This document shows positions 7,451-16,164 of a stretch of 64,000 nt of DNA, piece by piece (within the stretch, counting starts at the first letter, position 1; every line of letters begins with the position of its first letter). Below the pieces are notes generated by a model. It did no database searches. It saw only the letters and a program-made list of their open reading frames with translations, and was not told the origin of the DNA. The DNA is taken from the IMG/VR virus record IMGVR_UViG_3300009031_000221, positions 224,001 through 288,000 of that record; one strand, 5' to 3'. The stretch comes from a virus (lineage: Duplodnaviria > Caudoviricetes). Both the position numbers and the translations under genes were made by a program.

Positions 7451-8068
7451 TTACTTCGTGTGGCACGCCAAGCAAAGGCTGCTGCCGGTATTGAGCATGC
7501 GGAGGAACTTGCCCTTCGAGTTGTCATGCACGCTATGGCATGTCGCACACTGCAACTGGGCGCTGAACAGCGGGAGCATCGAAGCTGCATCCACGAACTT
7601 GTCGTTGACCGGAGTCTTCAATCCACCATCTGCCGTTGCCAAAGCCGCATCGTAGACGAACGAAATTGGATGGTCATTGGTCAAATCGGTACCAACCTTC
7701 GCACCCCCCGGATCCATCATGTGCGAACCCGAGTTGTTCGCGTAGGAATCCACTGCAACCGTGCCGTCATGGCAGGACAGGCACAGTTTGGAATTGCCCG
7801 TAGGTTGCCCCAAGACCGCATTCAATGTGCTGCTGCTGTACGTGCTGAACGTAGCCATGGTCACGGCATGGTTCCACAGCGGAGCGCCCGGAACGGCTGC
7901 CGCATTGTGAGGCGTATGGCAGAAGATGCAAACCTGGGTCGTGCCCCAGCCCTTGGACGACAGGTCGTGAGGAGTGCCCACGATCCCTGCGAATGCCGGG
8001 GACTTCCACTCCGGAAGAGCCAACAAACCCAACAATACAACGAGAACGAACAATGATTTACGGAACAT
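7451..8068 (-). CDS. Secreted tetraheme c-type cytochrome, OmcE-like
   Basis: Signal peptide; four CxxCH (CIFCH, CLSCH, CATCH, CLACH); HDLS, HTPHN, PLWN, GTDLTNDHP, LPLF, VHDN, FLR motifs; RBS GGGAGG. Confidence 0.92.
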   Translation of the reverse strand: MFRKSLFVLVVLLGLLALPEWKSPAFAGIVGTPHDLSSKGWGTTQVCIFCHTPHNAAAVPGAPLWNHAVTMATFSTYSSSTLNAVLGQPTGNSKLCLSCHDGTVAVDSYANNSGSHMMDPGGAKVGTDLTNDHPISFVYDAALATADGGLKTPVNDKFVDAASMLPLFSAQLQCATCHSVHDNSKGKFLRMLNTGSSLCLACHTK

Positions 8069-8145
8069 GCTGCCTCCCTATTGGGGCTTATTTGTTCATG
8101 CCCCGTGATTTACCCTAATGATAGGCGGAATACCACCCTACAACG

Positions 8146-8173
8146 TCTACGCATTTCTATGAAGAAGTAAGCC
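8146..8173 (-). promoter_or_regulatory. Promoter motif copy 5 (directly upstream of the cytochrome)
   Basis: CTTAC-N15-CGTAG. Confidence 0.75.
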
Positions 8174-8175
8174 TA

Positions 8176-8409
8176 TCAGATGTCGCTTTGTTGACGCTGA
8201 TGTGCCCAATCCCGCTGGCGTTCAATGCAAAGGTCGGATTCCATGACGGCACCGGCGGAAAGAACCAGCCAACCATCCGTCCATTCTCCATCTTCTTCCT
8301 TGAGCTTCGTGTACTTGCCGACGACGGCCTTGCCCGTAGGAATCCAAGCCGTCTGCTTGGTGCTTTCGCGTTGAAGTTCGCATTGGGTATGTGTCGTATG
8401 CTTTGCCAT
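8176..8409 (-). CDS. Hypothetical protein
   Basis: RBS AGGAG before MAKHTT. Confidence 0.6.
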   Translation of the reverse strand: MAKHTTHTQCELQRESTKQTAWIPTGKAVVGKYTKLKEEDGEWTDGWLVLSAGAVMESDLCIERQRDWAHQRQQSDI

Positions 8410-8685
8410 CGGATGCTCCTGAGGTGAATTTGCCATGTTCGGGGGGTTTAAAGACTGTTACGTTTCGCGGTCTCCCAGGCATGGGAACTATTCCGCCGTC
8501 GATCCCCGAACTACTTGCCCCCGAAATCGCCCCGATCCCTGCCGTTTCTATTGCTAGATTTTGACAGGGCGTGGCTTCGTGGAGGGCTACACGTTTTGAT
8601 ATATCATTCGTTTGTGGAATAAGCGGGCATTGCCGCAAACCCCGATAGTTCCACTATACCCCAGTATGAGTTAGGAGGTCAACAA

Positions 8686-9204
8686 ATGGCGACAATCAAT
8701 AAGACATGTGAGAACTGCACGAAAGAATTCCAGGCCGAAATACGGGAAGTTAACCGAGGCTTTGGTAGATTCTGTACTAGGGCTTGCTCAGGTGCTTTTT
8801 GGGCGACAAGGCGATCCCGGACGACGGCTACTTCGGTTGTTTGCGCTTACTGCAAACAGGATTTCCTGAAGACACCTTCCAAAATGAAGAATGCTAAGAG
8901 TGGCATGTATTTTTGTTGTCGTGAACACAAGGATCTGGCACAACGCCTTGGAGGCATTGTCGCCATACATCCAGAACATTACGGAGATGGCCATGCAGAG
9001 TATCGGAATGTTGCATTCCGTAATTACCCTTCGATTTGCAATCGATGCGGCTATCAACGATTCCCTGATGTTCTCGTCGTTCACCATAAGGATCGAAACA
9101 GGAACAACATTTCCATTAGCAATTTGGAGATTCTTTGCCCCAATTGTCACGGGGAAGAGCACTTTGTTGCCAAGGATGGAATCTGGAGAAATCAAATAAA
9201 GTAG
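8686..9204 (+). CDS. HNH endonuclease, antisense to the tRNA array
   Basis: Zn-finger repeats; CNRCG...VHHKDRNRNN...NLEILCPNCH; RBS AGGAGG. Confidence 0.87.
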   Translation: MATINKTCENCTKEFQAEIREVNRGFGRFCTRACSGAFWATRRSRTTATSVVCAYCKQDFLKTPSKMKNAKSGMYFCCREHKDLAQRLGGIVAIHPEHYGDGHAEYRNVAFRNYPSICNRCGYQRFPDVLVVHHKDRNRNNISISNLEILCPNCHGEEHFVAKDGIWRNQIK

Positions 9205-9277
9205 TGGAGTTGACAGGGATCGAACCTGCGACATTCGGCTTGCAAAGCCGACGCTCTCCCAACTGAGCTACAACCCC
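9205..9277 (-). tRNA. tRNA-Ala(TGC)
   Basis: Loop TT-TGC-AA; G3:U70. Confidence 0.93.
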
Positions 9278-9527
9278 AAAATGATATACCGGGAAACATT
9301 AATGATAACGGTACGGGCGGAAATGAGGGTTCCCCCGTACCTGTAACATGTCTGCCCCTCATACATACACGGTTCAGAGTGGCGAATCCCCGTGCTAGCA
9401 CCATTTCCTTCTTATGCCACCATCATGTTCCTTTCAGGCGGACAAGATCCTCTTTGCATCATTCCCCCTAGAAAGGAACTTAGCCTCACCTCCAAACCGG
9501 TCGACTCGGCGGTGGGCAAGGCACAAA

Positions 9528-9601
9528 GGAGCGGGCGATGGGATTTGAACCCACGACTTTCGGCTTGGGAAGCCGTTACTCTACCGCTGAGTTACGCCCG
9601 C
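9528..9601 (-). tRNA. tRNA-Gly(CCC)
   Basis: Loop TT-CCC-AA. Confidence 0.92.
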
Positions 9602-9787
9602 ACAGTACAGGGCCGTATTGGTGAAGACCAACCGTTTATTCGCACCCTGCAAGGCCGTGTTATATCACCACTAGGGCCTCACCGGCATAGCCCTAGTTGA
9701 ACTGGTGCGTGTCCCTATCTATCAGGTTGTCGTTCAATTGGGATACACGCGAAACCCAATTGACACTTAGGCAACCTAACAGGTTCT

Positions 9788-10015
9788 CTACACTCGTCGA
9801 ACTACAACACCGTCTTTTACCGAGGGTCGCCCTTGAGCTTCCCAGGCACGCTTGCATGTGCGGCATTCGCATTTACATACATGCGGCAATGTAATGTTCC
9901 GATCTGCGTCGGAACCAAGCACAAGATCATCTAATGTGGTCACAACCACTGGACAATCCATGTGATCACGTTCCCATTCATCTAACGAACCCCAAACAGC
10001 ACACTTGTTATCCAT
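9788..10015 (-). CDS. Hypothetical Cys-rich protein, 75 aa
   Basis: CKCECRTC; RBS AAGG. Confidence 0.5.
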   Translation of the reverse strand: MDNKCAVWGSLDEWERDHMDCPVVVTTLDDLVLGSDADRNITLPHVCKCECRTCKRAWEAQGRPSVKDGVVVRRV

Positions 10016-10227
10016 TTACCTTTGCCTTCTTCGAATTTGCTACCGAACTACACCCTTCGTGGGGACAAAGGACACAGCATATGCTCGGTAGCCACACATA
10101 GGGCCTAGACGGTCTACTTCCCAACACAGGAACTCGACTCTATAAGCCTCCACCACTGGATTTAACTCGCCACCCACTTTCGCAGATGCCCTGTCCTACA
10201 AATCCAGAAAGGACTTCCTTCTACGGA

Positions 10228-10302
10228 GGTGGAGTAGATGGGACTTGAACCCATTACCTCCTGCATGCCATGCAGGCGCTCTCCCAGGTGAGCTACTACC
10301 CC
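10228..10302 (-). tRNA. tRNA-Ala(GGC)
   Basis: Loop AT-GGC-AT; G3:U70. Confidence 0.9.
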
Positions 10303-10460
10303 ATTCCCCAGTGGACTAAATTATTTCCACTGGGTTGCTCTTGACCTACCAAAGCAGAAGGCCGTTGTGTTCATTGACCAAGGTGTACGGTCACCCCGTG
10401 GTATAGGTTTACCGCCCATACCATAACCGGGTCAGCGGTAAACCAACCCGAAGTCTATTT

Positions 10461-10476
10461 TTCAGTTGTCAAAGAC
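10461..10476 (-). promoter_or_regulatory. rrn-type boxA antiterminator-like element
   Basis: GTCTTTGACAACTGAA on the coding strand; recurs at 29717-29730 and 35458-35474. Confidence 0.6.
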
Positions 10477-10478
10477 AC

Positions 10479-10556
10479 GGTTGCGGAGGCTGGATTTGAA
10501 CCAGCGATTTTGAGGTTATGAGTCTCATGAGGACGGCCTGACTCCTCTACCCCGCA
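10479..10556 (-). tRNA. tRNA-Met(CAT), fMet-like body
   Basis: Loop CT-CAT-AA; GCGGGGTAGAGGAG start. Confidence 0.85.
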
Positions 10557-10584
10557 AACTTGGAACTCCATTATCAAAGAATTC

Positions 10585-10659
10585 GGTGGGCCTGGGTGGA
10601 ATCGAACCACCGACAACACGCTTATCAGGCGTGGATTCTAACCGCTGAACTACAGGCCC
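10585..10659 (-). tRNA. tRNA-Ile(GAT)
   Basis: Loop CT-GAT-AA. Confidence 0.93.
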
Positions 10660-10740
10660 TTCCTGAGAGGTGCACTACTTTATGCTACCTAGATGCTCCG
10701 CACCCAGGACAGGTAGCGAACCTGTATCTCCCCTCATCCT

Positions 10741-10769
10741 ATCTACGCATTACCGGCCAGAAGTAAGTC
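10741..10769 (-). promoter_or_regulatory. Promoter motif copy 6
   Basis: CTTAC-N15-CGTAG. Confidence 0.75.
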
Positions 10770-10772
10770 TAC

Positions 10773-12179
10773 CTACGCTTTGAAAGTCAAGATAGGCCTC
10801 ATCTTTGCCACCTTCGACAATATACCCGCCGTTACCTGGGATTGTATCACGGGACCAATGTCCTTGTACGCGGCGGGCGCTTCCTCGATTTTACGCTCAT
10901 ACCGCAATGAAATGCAATCCACACCGTCTAACCCAAGGTTGCCTTCGCGTTTCATGTCCACTCGGGATTGACTTCGACCCGCACCGTGACTTGCCGACAG
11001 CAAGTGTTCTTCCGAACCCAACCCCTTGCAAACATACGATGCTGACCCCATGGACCCAGGAATGAGAAGCCAATCTCCCAGGTTCGCCGGGCAAGCCCCC
11101 TTGCGTTGAATCCATGTCCCCGAATGTTCCAAAGTGATGTTGTGCGGAATGTCTGTAATCATCGGGCACTCCAGGTCGTCCCCGAACACTTGTCGCATTC
11201 TCAATCGGGCAATCTCGGCAATCAACATGCGATTGACCCAGGCATAGTTGACAGCCGTAGCTTCTGCCGTCAAGTAATCCAGTTGACCTTCATCCTCCAG
11301 CAATGGAAACATGTGGCTAGTAGGGAATGGACGCTTGGTTGCTTCCCAGGCCTTACGTGCCCGAGTTTGAGCGTTCTGCCCAACATACAACCCGACGAAT
11401 CGGGAACCCGTATGCGCCATGAACCCGACTTGCCCTACCTTGATTCCCAGGGCATACGCCGCATGCCTATCTAGGATTTCTTCTACGACCTGGAATTCTA
11501 CGAAGTGGTTGCCCCCTCCAATAGTTCCCAACCCGTCATCCCGAATGATCTTGGATCCTATGCCGTCTACCAAGCCTTGAGGGGCGTACTTAACATCTCC
11601 ACGGGCAATGTTTGTGTACTGAACTCGATCACACTCCTCGTGCAACTGCTCAATGCGGGAAGCCTGCGTCATGCCATGCTTCCAACCATCATTGTCCTGG
11701 GCCTCGAGCCACCCAAGTAATCCGTCCGTGAACATCGCCTTTTGGACGCTTACGGTTTGTGCCACATCTCGAGTGCCAAAGAAGTAATCCCCCTTCAGCA
11801 ATTCGACCAAGGCGTCCCGCTTTGCCAGGAACTGATCAATGGTCAAATCCGTGAGGTGCAATCTCATGCCACAGTTGATGTCCGTACCAATGGCTGCCGG
11901 AATCAGAAACTGTGTTTGAACTACGGAACCAATGGCAACGCCCGCATCTCCAGGATGGAAATCCGGTGTGGCACAACATCGAGTGACGCCTTCCAAAGAA
12001 GCCAGATTGGCTAGCTGTAGAAGGGCTTTGTTCTCAACCGGCAATTCGTCTGGAAGCAATACATCCGCATAGGGAAGGTGGTCATGATTGGCAATACGAA
12101 CTTGCCAACCGCCATCGACCTTACGAACATCGAGGCCTTCTTTGACTAGAGCCTTTAGAAGGCGATCGTGATTTGCCAT
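10773..12179 (-). CDS. rtcB: RtcB RNA 2',3'-cyclic phosphate/5'-OH ligase
   Basis: PDFHPG, GTDINCGMRL, GGGNHFVE, HTGSR, PHN, RKGA, PGSMG, SHGAGR, EEAPAAYK. Confidence 0.96.
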   Translation of the reverse strand: MANHDRLLKALVKEGLDVRKVDGGWQVRIANHDHLPYADVLLPDELPVENKALLQLANLASLEGVTRCCATPDFHPGDAGVAIGSVVQTQFLIPAAIGTDINCGMRLHLTDLTIDQFLAKRDALVELLKGDYFFGTRDVAQTVSVQKAMFTDGLLGWLEAQDNDGWKHGMTQASRIEQLHEECDRVQYTNIARGDVKYAPQGLVDGIGSKIIRDDGLGTIGGGNHFVEFQVVEEILDRHAAYALGIKVGQVGFMAHTGSRFVGLYVGQNAQTRARKAWEATKRPFPTSHMFPLLEDEGQLDYLTAEATAVNYAWVNRMLIAEIARLRMRQVFGDDLECPMITDIPHNITLEHSGTWIQRKGACPANLGDWLLIPGSMGSASYVCKGLGSEEHLLSASHGAGRSQSRVDMKREGNLGLDGVDCISLRYERKIEEAPAAYKDIGPVIQSQVTAGILSKVAKMRPILTFKA

Positions 12180-12180
12180 G

Positions 12181-12762
12181 TCATGCCAGCCGTGTCACCG
12201 TCAACGGTGTGATTTGAAGGCTGCGCTTGGTGCCCTTGCGGAGGAACTGCTGGACAACGATCGCCATCTGCGATGCCGCGAGTCCGTGGAAGGGCAGGTT
12301 CTCCCCGTCCTCACACGTTGCTTGTCCAGGTGCCCCTTCCTCATCTGGAACGAAGTGCTCATCCCAAACAACCCGGGCAAACGTACCATCCGCCGACAAA
12401 GCGCCATGCAAACATGGGATGCCATTGGGCTGAACGAACCCTTGGATGATGCGGCGTGCCTCTGCATTGTCCGTGCAGTCAATGACTAGCCCTGCGCCTC
12501 CCAGGATGACCTGTACGTTGTCCTTGGTCAGTTGGTGCGGGGTAGCATCGATCTTGATGCCGAACAGCCCTGCCATCGCTTGCTGAAGCCCCAGTGCCTT
12601 GTTGCGTGCCTTGCTCAGCCCCGTGTGGAACTGAGACATGATGTTCTTCTGCTCGACGCGATCGAAGTCAACAACCTTCAGCCCTTGCTTCCAGTTGCGA
12701 CCGAAGAGAACCAGGTGAGAACCCAATGCCCCTACGCCAACGATTACGATTTGTCCCGCCAT
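12181..12762 (-). CDS. ThiF/E1-like adenylyltransferase
   Basis: IVGVGALGS, VDFDRVEQKN, VIDCTDN, C-terminal ATCE cysteine; abuts rtcB. Confidence 0.9.
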   Translation of the reverse strand: MAGQIVIVGVGALGSHLVLFGRNWKQGLKVVDFDRVEQKNIMSQFHTGLSKARNKALGLQQAMAGLFGIKIDATPHQLTKDNVQVILGGAGLVIDCTDNAEARRIIQGFVQPNGIPCLHGALSADGTFARVVWDEHFVPDEEGAPGQATCEDGENLPFHGLAASQMAIVVQQFLRKGTKRSLQITPLTVTRLA

Positions 12763-12822
12763 GATTGATACCTCAGTTGGGCGCATAGGCACCATGAATC
12801 AGGTCATCCGTGACCTTGCATC

Positions 12823-12851
12823 ATCTACGCGGAATCATCAGGAAGTAAGCC
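12823..12851 (-). promoter_or_regulatory. Promoter motif copy 7
   Basis: CTTAC-N15-CGTAG. Confidence 0.75.
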
Positions 12852-13091
12852 TTAGACTACTGAACATGCGTACAATACGACGCACCCCAAGATTCCGCAT
12901 GCAATCCCGCCTGCGAATACCGCAAGACGGCGCTTGCCACTATTAGTGGCCTTCAGGGCATCTCGTTCTACCGTCAACTTCTTATTATCGAGTTTCAACT
13001 TCTCGATTTCTTGCAAAGCCTCCCGGTACAGAAGCTGCCAAGCGGCATCCATGTTGATTCCCGAGTGCGGCGTACAACCTGAGCAAATCAT
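12852..13091 (-). CDS. Coiled-coil protein with C-terminal membrane anchor
   Basis: Hydrophobic tail LAVFAGGIACGILGCVVLY. Confidence 0.5.
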   Translation of the reverse strand: MICSGCTPHSGINMDAAWQLLYREALQEIEKLKLDNKKLTVERDALKATNSGKRRLAVFAGGIACGILGCVVLYACSVV

Positions 13092-13100
13092 TGTGTCCCC

Positions 13101-13451
13101 TTAGCAGTAATCTTTCAGTGATTCTACAGTTAGATAGCCCGCTTTGCGTAAACGAATGCGAACTTCGACGTACATATGTCCCGTCAATGGGCAATCACTA
13201 TTCCATCCGCCCCGTGAATCATGGCCGTCATTGATCTCAACCATTTCGATTTCACAATCATCAGGGTTGTCAATGTCGCCGTCCGTGACGAATCCTCGAA
13301 CATCGAAACAATCATTAGACCCAACGGCATGCATTTCCAATGCGGTGGAATCAACATCTCCTCCAGGTTGAAGGAGCTTGATTGTCCATCGGGGGTCGGA
13401 CAACAACTTGATGATGTCTTCCGTTTTCCAATGCGTGTTGGTGATATCCAT
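13101..13451 (-). CDS. Hypothetical acidic protein
   Basis: TGATG coupling; RBS GAGGA. Confidence 0.6.
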   Translation of the reverse strand: MDITNTHWKTEDIIKLLSDPRWTIKLLQPGGDVDSTALEMHAVGSNDCFDVRGFVTDGDIDNPDDCEIEMVEINDGHDSRGGWNSDCPLTGHMYVEVRIRLRKAGYLTVESLKDYC

Positions 13452-13759
13452 CAGCGGTTCCTCGATTTGCCTTGACCCCGATTTGCCTTGGCTGCCTTTT
13501 GGCGTTCGATCTTGCCTTCCAACTTGCCGGGAATATGCGGACGAGTTGCAAGTTCGACCCGCAATTCTTCCATGCGATTCAAGTCTTTGGCACGGTATGC
13601 CCGCCACAAGGCATCTTCCGCCGGGGATAGATCCCACGGAGGGGTTTCGCATACCACTCGAAGATCATGCAATTCGTTCAACAGATCTCGCGTATGCCGT
13701 TTGCTATCAGGCAAATGCGGAGGTACGGTGCCTCGTGGGGTTAGGTCATTCATTTTCAT
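13451..13759 (-). CDS. Hypothetical protein, 102 aa
   Basis: Coupled ORF in the operon. Confidence 0.6.
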   Translation of the reverse strand: MKMNDLTPRGTVPPHLPDSKRHTRDLLNELHDLRVVCETPPWDLSPAEDALWRAYRAKDLNRMEELRVELATRPHIPGKLEGKIERQKAAKANRGQGKSRNR

Positions 13760-13763
13760 GTAA

Positions 13764-14492
13764 CTAGCGACTCCGAATCTTCTGACGCGGGATCAAGTGC
13801 AGCGTATCCGCAACCTTCTCGTTGGCCTGCTGTGCGAACCCGATGAGGTTGCGGCTGACCTTGAGGTAGTAGGGATGCTTCAACCATTCCTTGTAGGGCA
13901 AGTTGCTACGAGTCTTGTTGCACTTGCGGCAAGCTGCCACGAGGTTGTCCGGAGTAGAAGGCCCGCCTTCTTCCCAGCAAACCAGGTGGTCAACCGTCAG
14001 AGGAACGTCATCCAGACCACAGTAGCGGCAACGGTAGCCGTCACGCTTGTAGACCTTCCATGAAGTGCCCTGGTCGATTTGACGTTGCGACTTCCGCACG
14101 ACAGTCTTGACGATCTTGCCGTCTTCGCCCGGTGCCAGCATCTCCACGTCAAGGTGGTCCGTTTGCTGGATGAACATCAACCATTCGGCATGATTCATGT
14201 TCAATGCCACGGTAGGCTTGTCAACGGCATCGTGCTCGTCCGGGAACATGACCAAGTAGGTCTTGTCCCGATCGGAGTACACCATCCCAGACATTTGGAT
14301 ATCGGTGCCGATGCGAAGGATGTTGAGGTCGGACAATGGAATGCGTGGCGTAGTCATGTGAAGTTCCTTCATTTCTTGTGCGGTATTCCATATGCGGGAT
14401 GTGATTTCGGCGCTTGACTCTTTAGGGCGATTGTCCCAATCACGATACAAGCGGCGAACTTCTTCATTGAACTCAGGATCAACGATGGACAT
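13764..14492 (-). CDS. HNH endonuclease with N-terminal extension
   Basis: RDGYRCRYCG...TVDHLV..EEGG...DNLVAACRKCN. Confidence 0.87.
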   Translation of the reverse strand: MSIVDPEFNEEVRRLYRDWDNRPKESSAEITSRIWNTAQEMKELHMTTPRIPLSDLNILRIGTDIQMSGMVYSDRDKTYLVMFPDEHDAVDKPTVALNMNHAEWLMFIQQTDHLDVEMLAPGEDGKIVKTVVRKSQRQIDQGTSWKVYKRDGYRCRYCGLDDVPLTVDHLVCWEEGGPSTPDNLVAACRKCNKTRSNLPYKEWLKHPYYLKVSRNLIGFAQQANEKVADTLHLIPRQKIRSR

Positions 14493-14498
14493 GAATTC

Positions 14499-14786
14499 CT
14501 ACTTGGCGTTCTTGACCATATCTGCGGGATTCAATGCCTGAAGCTTGAGCAAGCTCTTGGCGATTGCCTTTTCCTTCTTGGCGATCTTCTTGGTGATCTG
14601 GACTACTGCTTCAGCTTCCGTGATAGCATAATCACCCTCAAAGATAAGTCCCCCATACCACTTGGGGCCACGAAAGCACTTCTTGGATTTCCCGACAATA
14701 GACGAGACTTCCTCTCCTGCGATCTTGGTCACACCCGTTGTCAGGGCATACTTGGTCACAAACACTTCGCCAACGTGCATTGTCAT
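14499..14786 (-). CDS. Hypothetical protein
   Basis: RBS AAGGG before MTMHVG. Confidence 0.6.
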   Translation of the reverse strand: MTMHVGEVFVTKYALTTGVTKIAGEEVSSIVGKSKKCFRGPKWYGGLIFEGDYAITEAEAVVQITKKIAKKEKAIAKSLLKLQALNPADMVKNAK

Positions 14787-14790
14787 GTTA

Positions 14791-15048
14791 TCACCCTTCC
14801 TGGTCGTATGCGTCGTAGTGACTGAAGTCATGCGGGATGTCCCCCGCCTGGAGTTCCACGAACGTACGGCACTGGCAGTACTTGCATCCGATTGGAGACA
14901 TGTTCTCGTAGGTATCGAAGTGCCGTTCGTAGTTATGCCCACACTTACAGATCCGTTCGTCACCATATTTCGGATTGTATTCCCGAACTTCGACGATGAC
15001 GATTCGTTTCTTCTTGATGATGTATGGGGGTTCAGGTTTCGTTTTCAT
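14791..15048 (-). CDS. Hypothetical Zn-finger protein
   Basis: CKCGH...H...CKYCQC. Confidence 0.55.
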   Translation of the reverse strand: MKTKPEPPYIIKKKRIVIVEVREYNPKYGDERICKCGHNYERHFDTYENMSPIGCKYCQCRTFVELQAGDIPHDFSHYDAYDQEG

Positions 15049-15052
15049 GGTA

Positions 15053-15081
15053 CATCTACGCATTACGCCCTGAAAGTAAGT
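15053..15081 (-). promoter_or_regulatory. Promoter motif copy 8
   Basis: CTTAC-N15-CGTAG. Confidence 0.75.
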
Positions 15082-15164
15082 TAGATGCCAAAGCGCCTGT
15101 GGGATCACGTAGGATCCCACAGGCGCCCGGGAAAGTCACTTCCGCCGAACGGATTTCGTGGTCC

Positions 15165-15461
15165 TCACCCGAAGGCTAGATCACAACCAAACGGCGTCTT
15201 GGGGCGCAGGAAGATGCGGTTGTCCGGAACTTCATCGTTGGACGGGAAGCGATCCACAACGAAGTCCGCGAAGTTCGCGTTCTGGTCGGCGGGAATACCC
15301 GGGATGCCGTTCTGCACAGCCTCCTGAGCGAGGCGGCGAAGATCATCCGCGCCAAGGTCGAAGGGAACAGCCTCAACGAGATCTCCGTTGTTGCCTGCCC
15401 AAGTGATGTTGAAACGTGCCTCGTTCTGAGCAAAAAGACGGTCTGCCATATTGTCCTCCAT
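15165..15461 (-). CDS. Ubiquitin-like (beta-grasp) protein ending ...RPKTPFG-CDLAFG
   Basis: Small, beta-rich, Gly-terminated protein directly downstream of JAB; ARFNITWAG.NGDL and FVVDRF pattern. Confidence 0.72.
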   Translation of the reverse strand: MEDNMADRLFAQNEARFNITWAGNNGDLVEAVPFDLGADDLRRLAQEAVQNGIPGIPADQNANFADFVVDRFPSNDEVPDNRIFLRPKTPFGCDLAFG

Positions 15462-15465
15462 CTAT

Positions 15466-15870
15466 CTAGCGGGAAATCGCCCGCAGTTCTTCTAGGTCTT
15501 CCAGAATCAGTTCTCGCGGAAACCCCATGGCTTCCCCGTTGCATGTATCCAAGGCCCCATAGCCTTGGTGTTCTTCGTCGTAGTACATGAAGACGAACGT
15601 CTTCACATCTGTGAAAGTTGCGATAGGCCACATCAGGTTTCGCCCGAGGCCTAGTTCAATCGCACGGAACGTAGTCACGTCCGTATATGAACACCAGGAC
15701 TCCCCATCCCACGGATGAGTATGAGCCACCCCGCCAAGGTTATGGCGATTATCCCAGATGATTTCCCACAGGTTGCGGGAGTCCGGAATAGCTCCGCCGG
15801 TCCGACCCTTTGGCACATGCCAATGGAGGGTCTTACCTGCCTTGTCGAATACCAATGCGTTCTCCATCAT
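15466..15870 (-). CDS. JAB/JAMM metalloprotease
   Basis: N-terminal E, then HTHP-x6-CS-xx-D (HTHPWDGESWCSYTD). Confidence 0.85.
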   Translation of the reverse strand: MMENALVFDKAGKTLHWHVPKGRTGGAIPDSRNLWEIIWDNRHNLGGVAHTHPWDGESWCSYTDVTTFRAIELGLGRNLMWPIATFTDVKTFVFMYYDEEHQGYGALDTCNGEAMGFPRELILEDLEELRAISR

Positions 15871-15879
15871 ATCGGAACC

Positions 15880-16162
15880 TCGTTACAGTGACGTTGCATG
15901 CCCCCATGCATTACCCGCAGGCCGGAGTATCATATTTCACTCCAGGATCCCCACAAACGTATGGGTTTCGAACCCTCCGTCACGTTCATTCGCCCTTTCG
16001 GGGCTCGAATCATATGCACGGTTAGATACCACCCTATCCGTGCAAATCCAGTGAGGGGGCTCTTGGTAAAGTCCCCCCAACCCTGGTAACTCCCTATGTT
16101 ATTGGGGCCGGTTCGGGTTCCGGCACTTCACTGCAGCTAACCGCAGCGCCCAAATTCGATTG
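15880..16162 (-). ncRNA. Structured ncRNA candidate C2
   Basis: No ORF; ~70-nt core at 16085-16153 is paralogous to 16492-16565. Confidence 0.55.
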
Positions 16163-16164
16163 TG

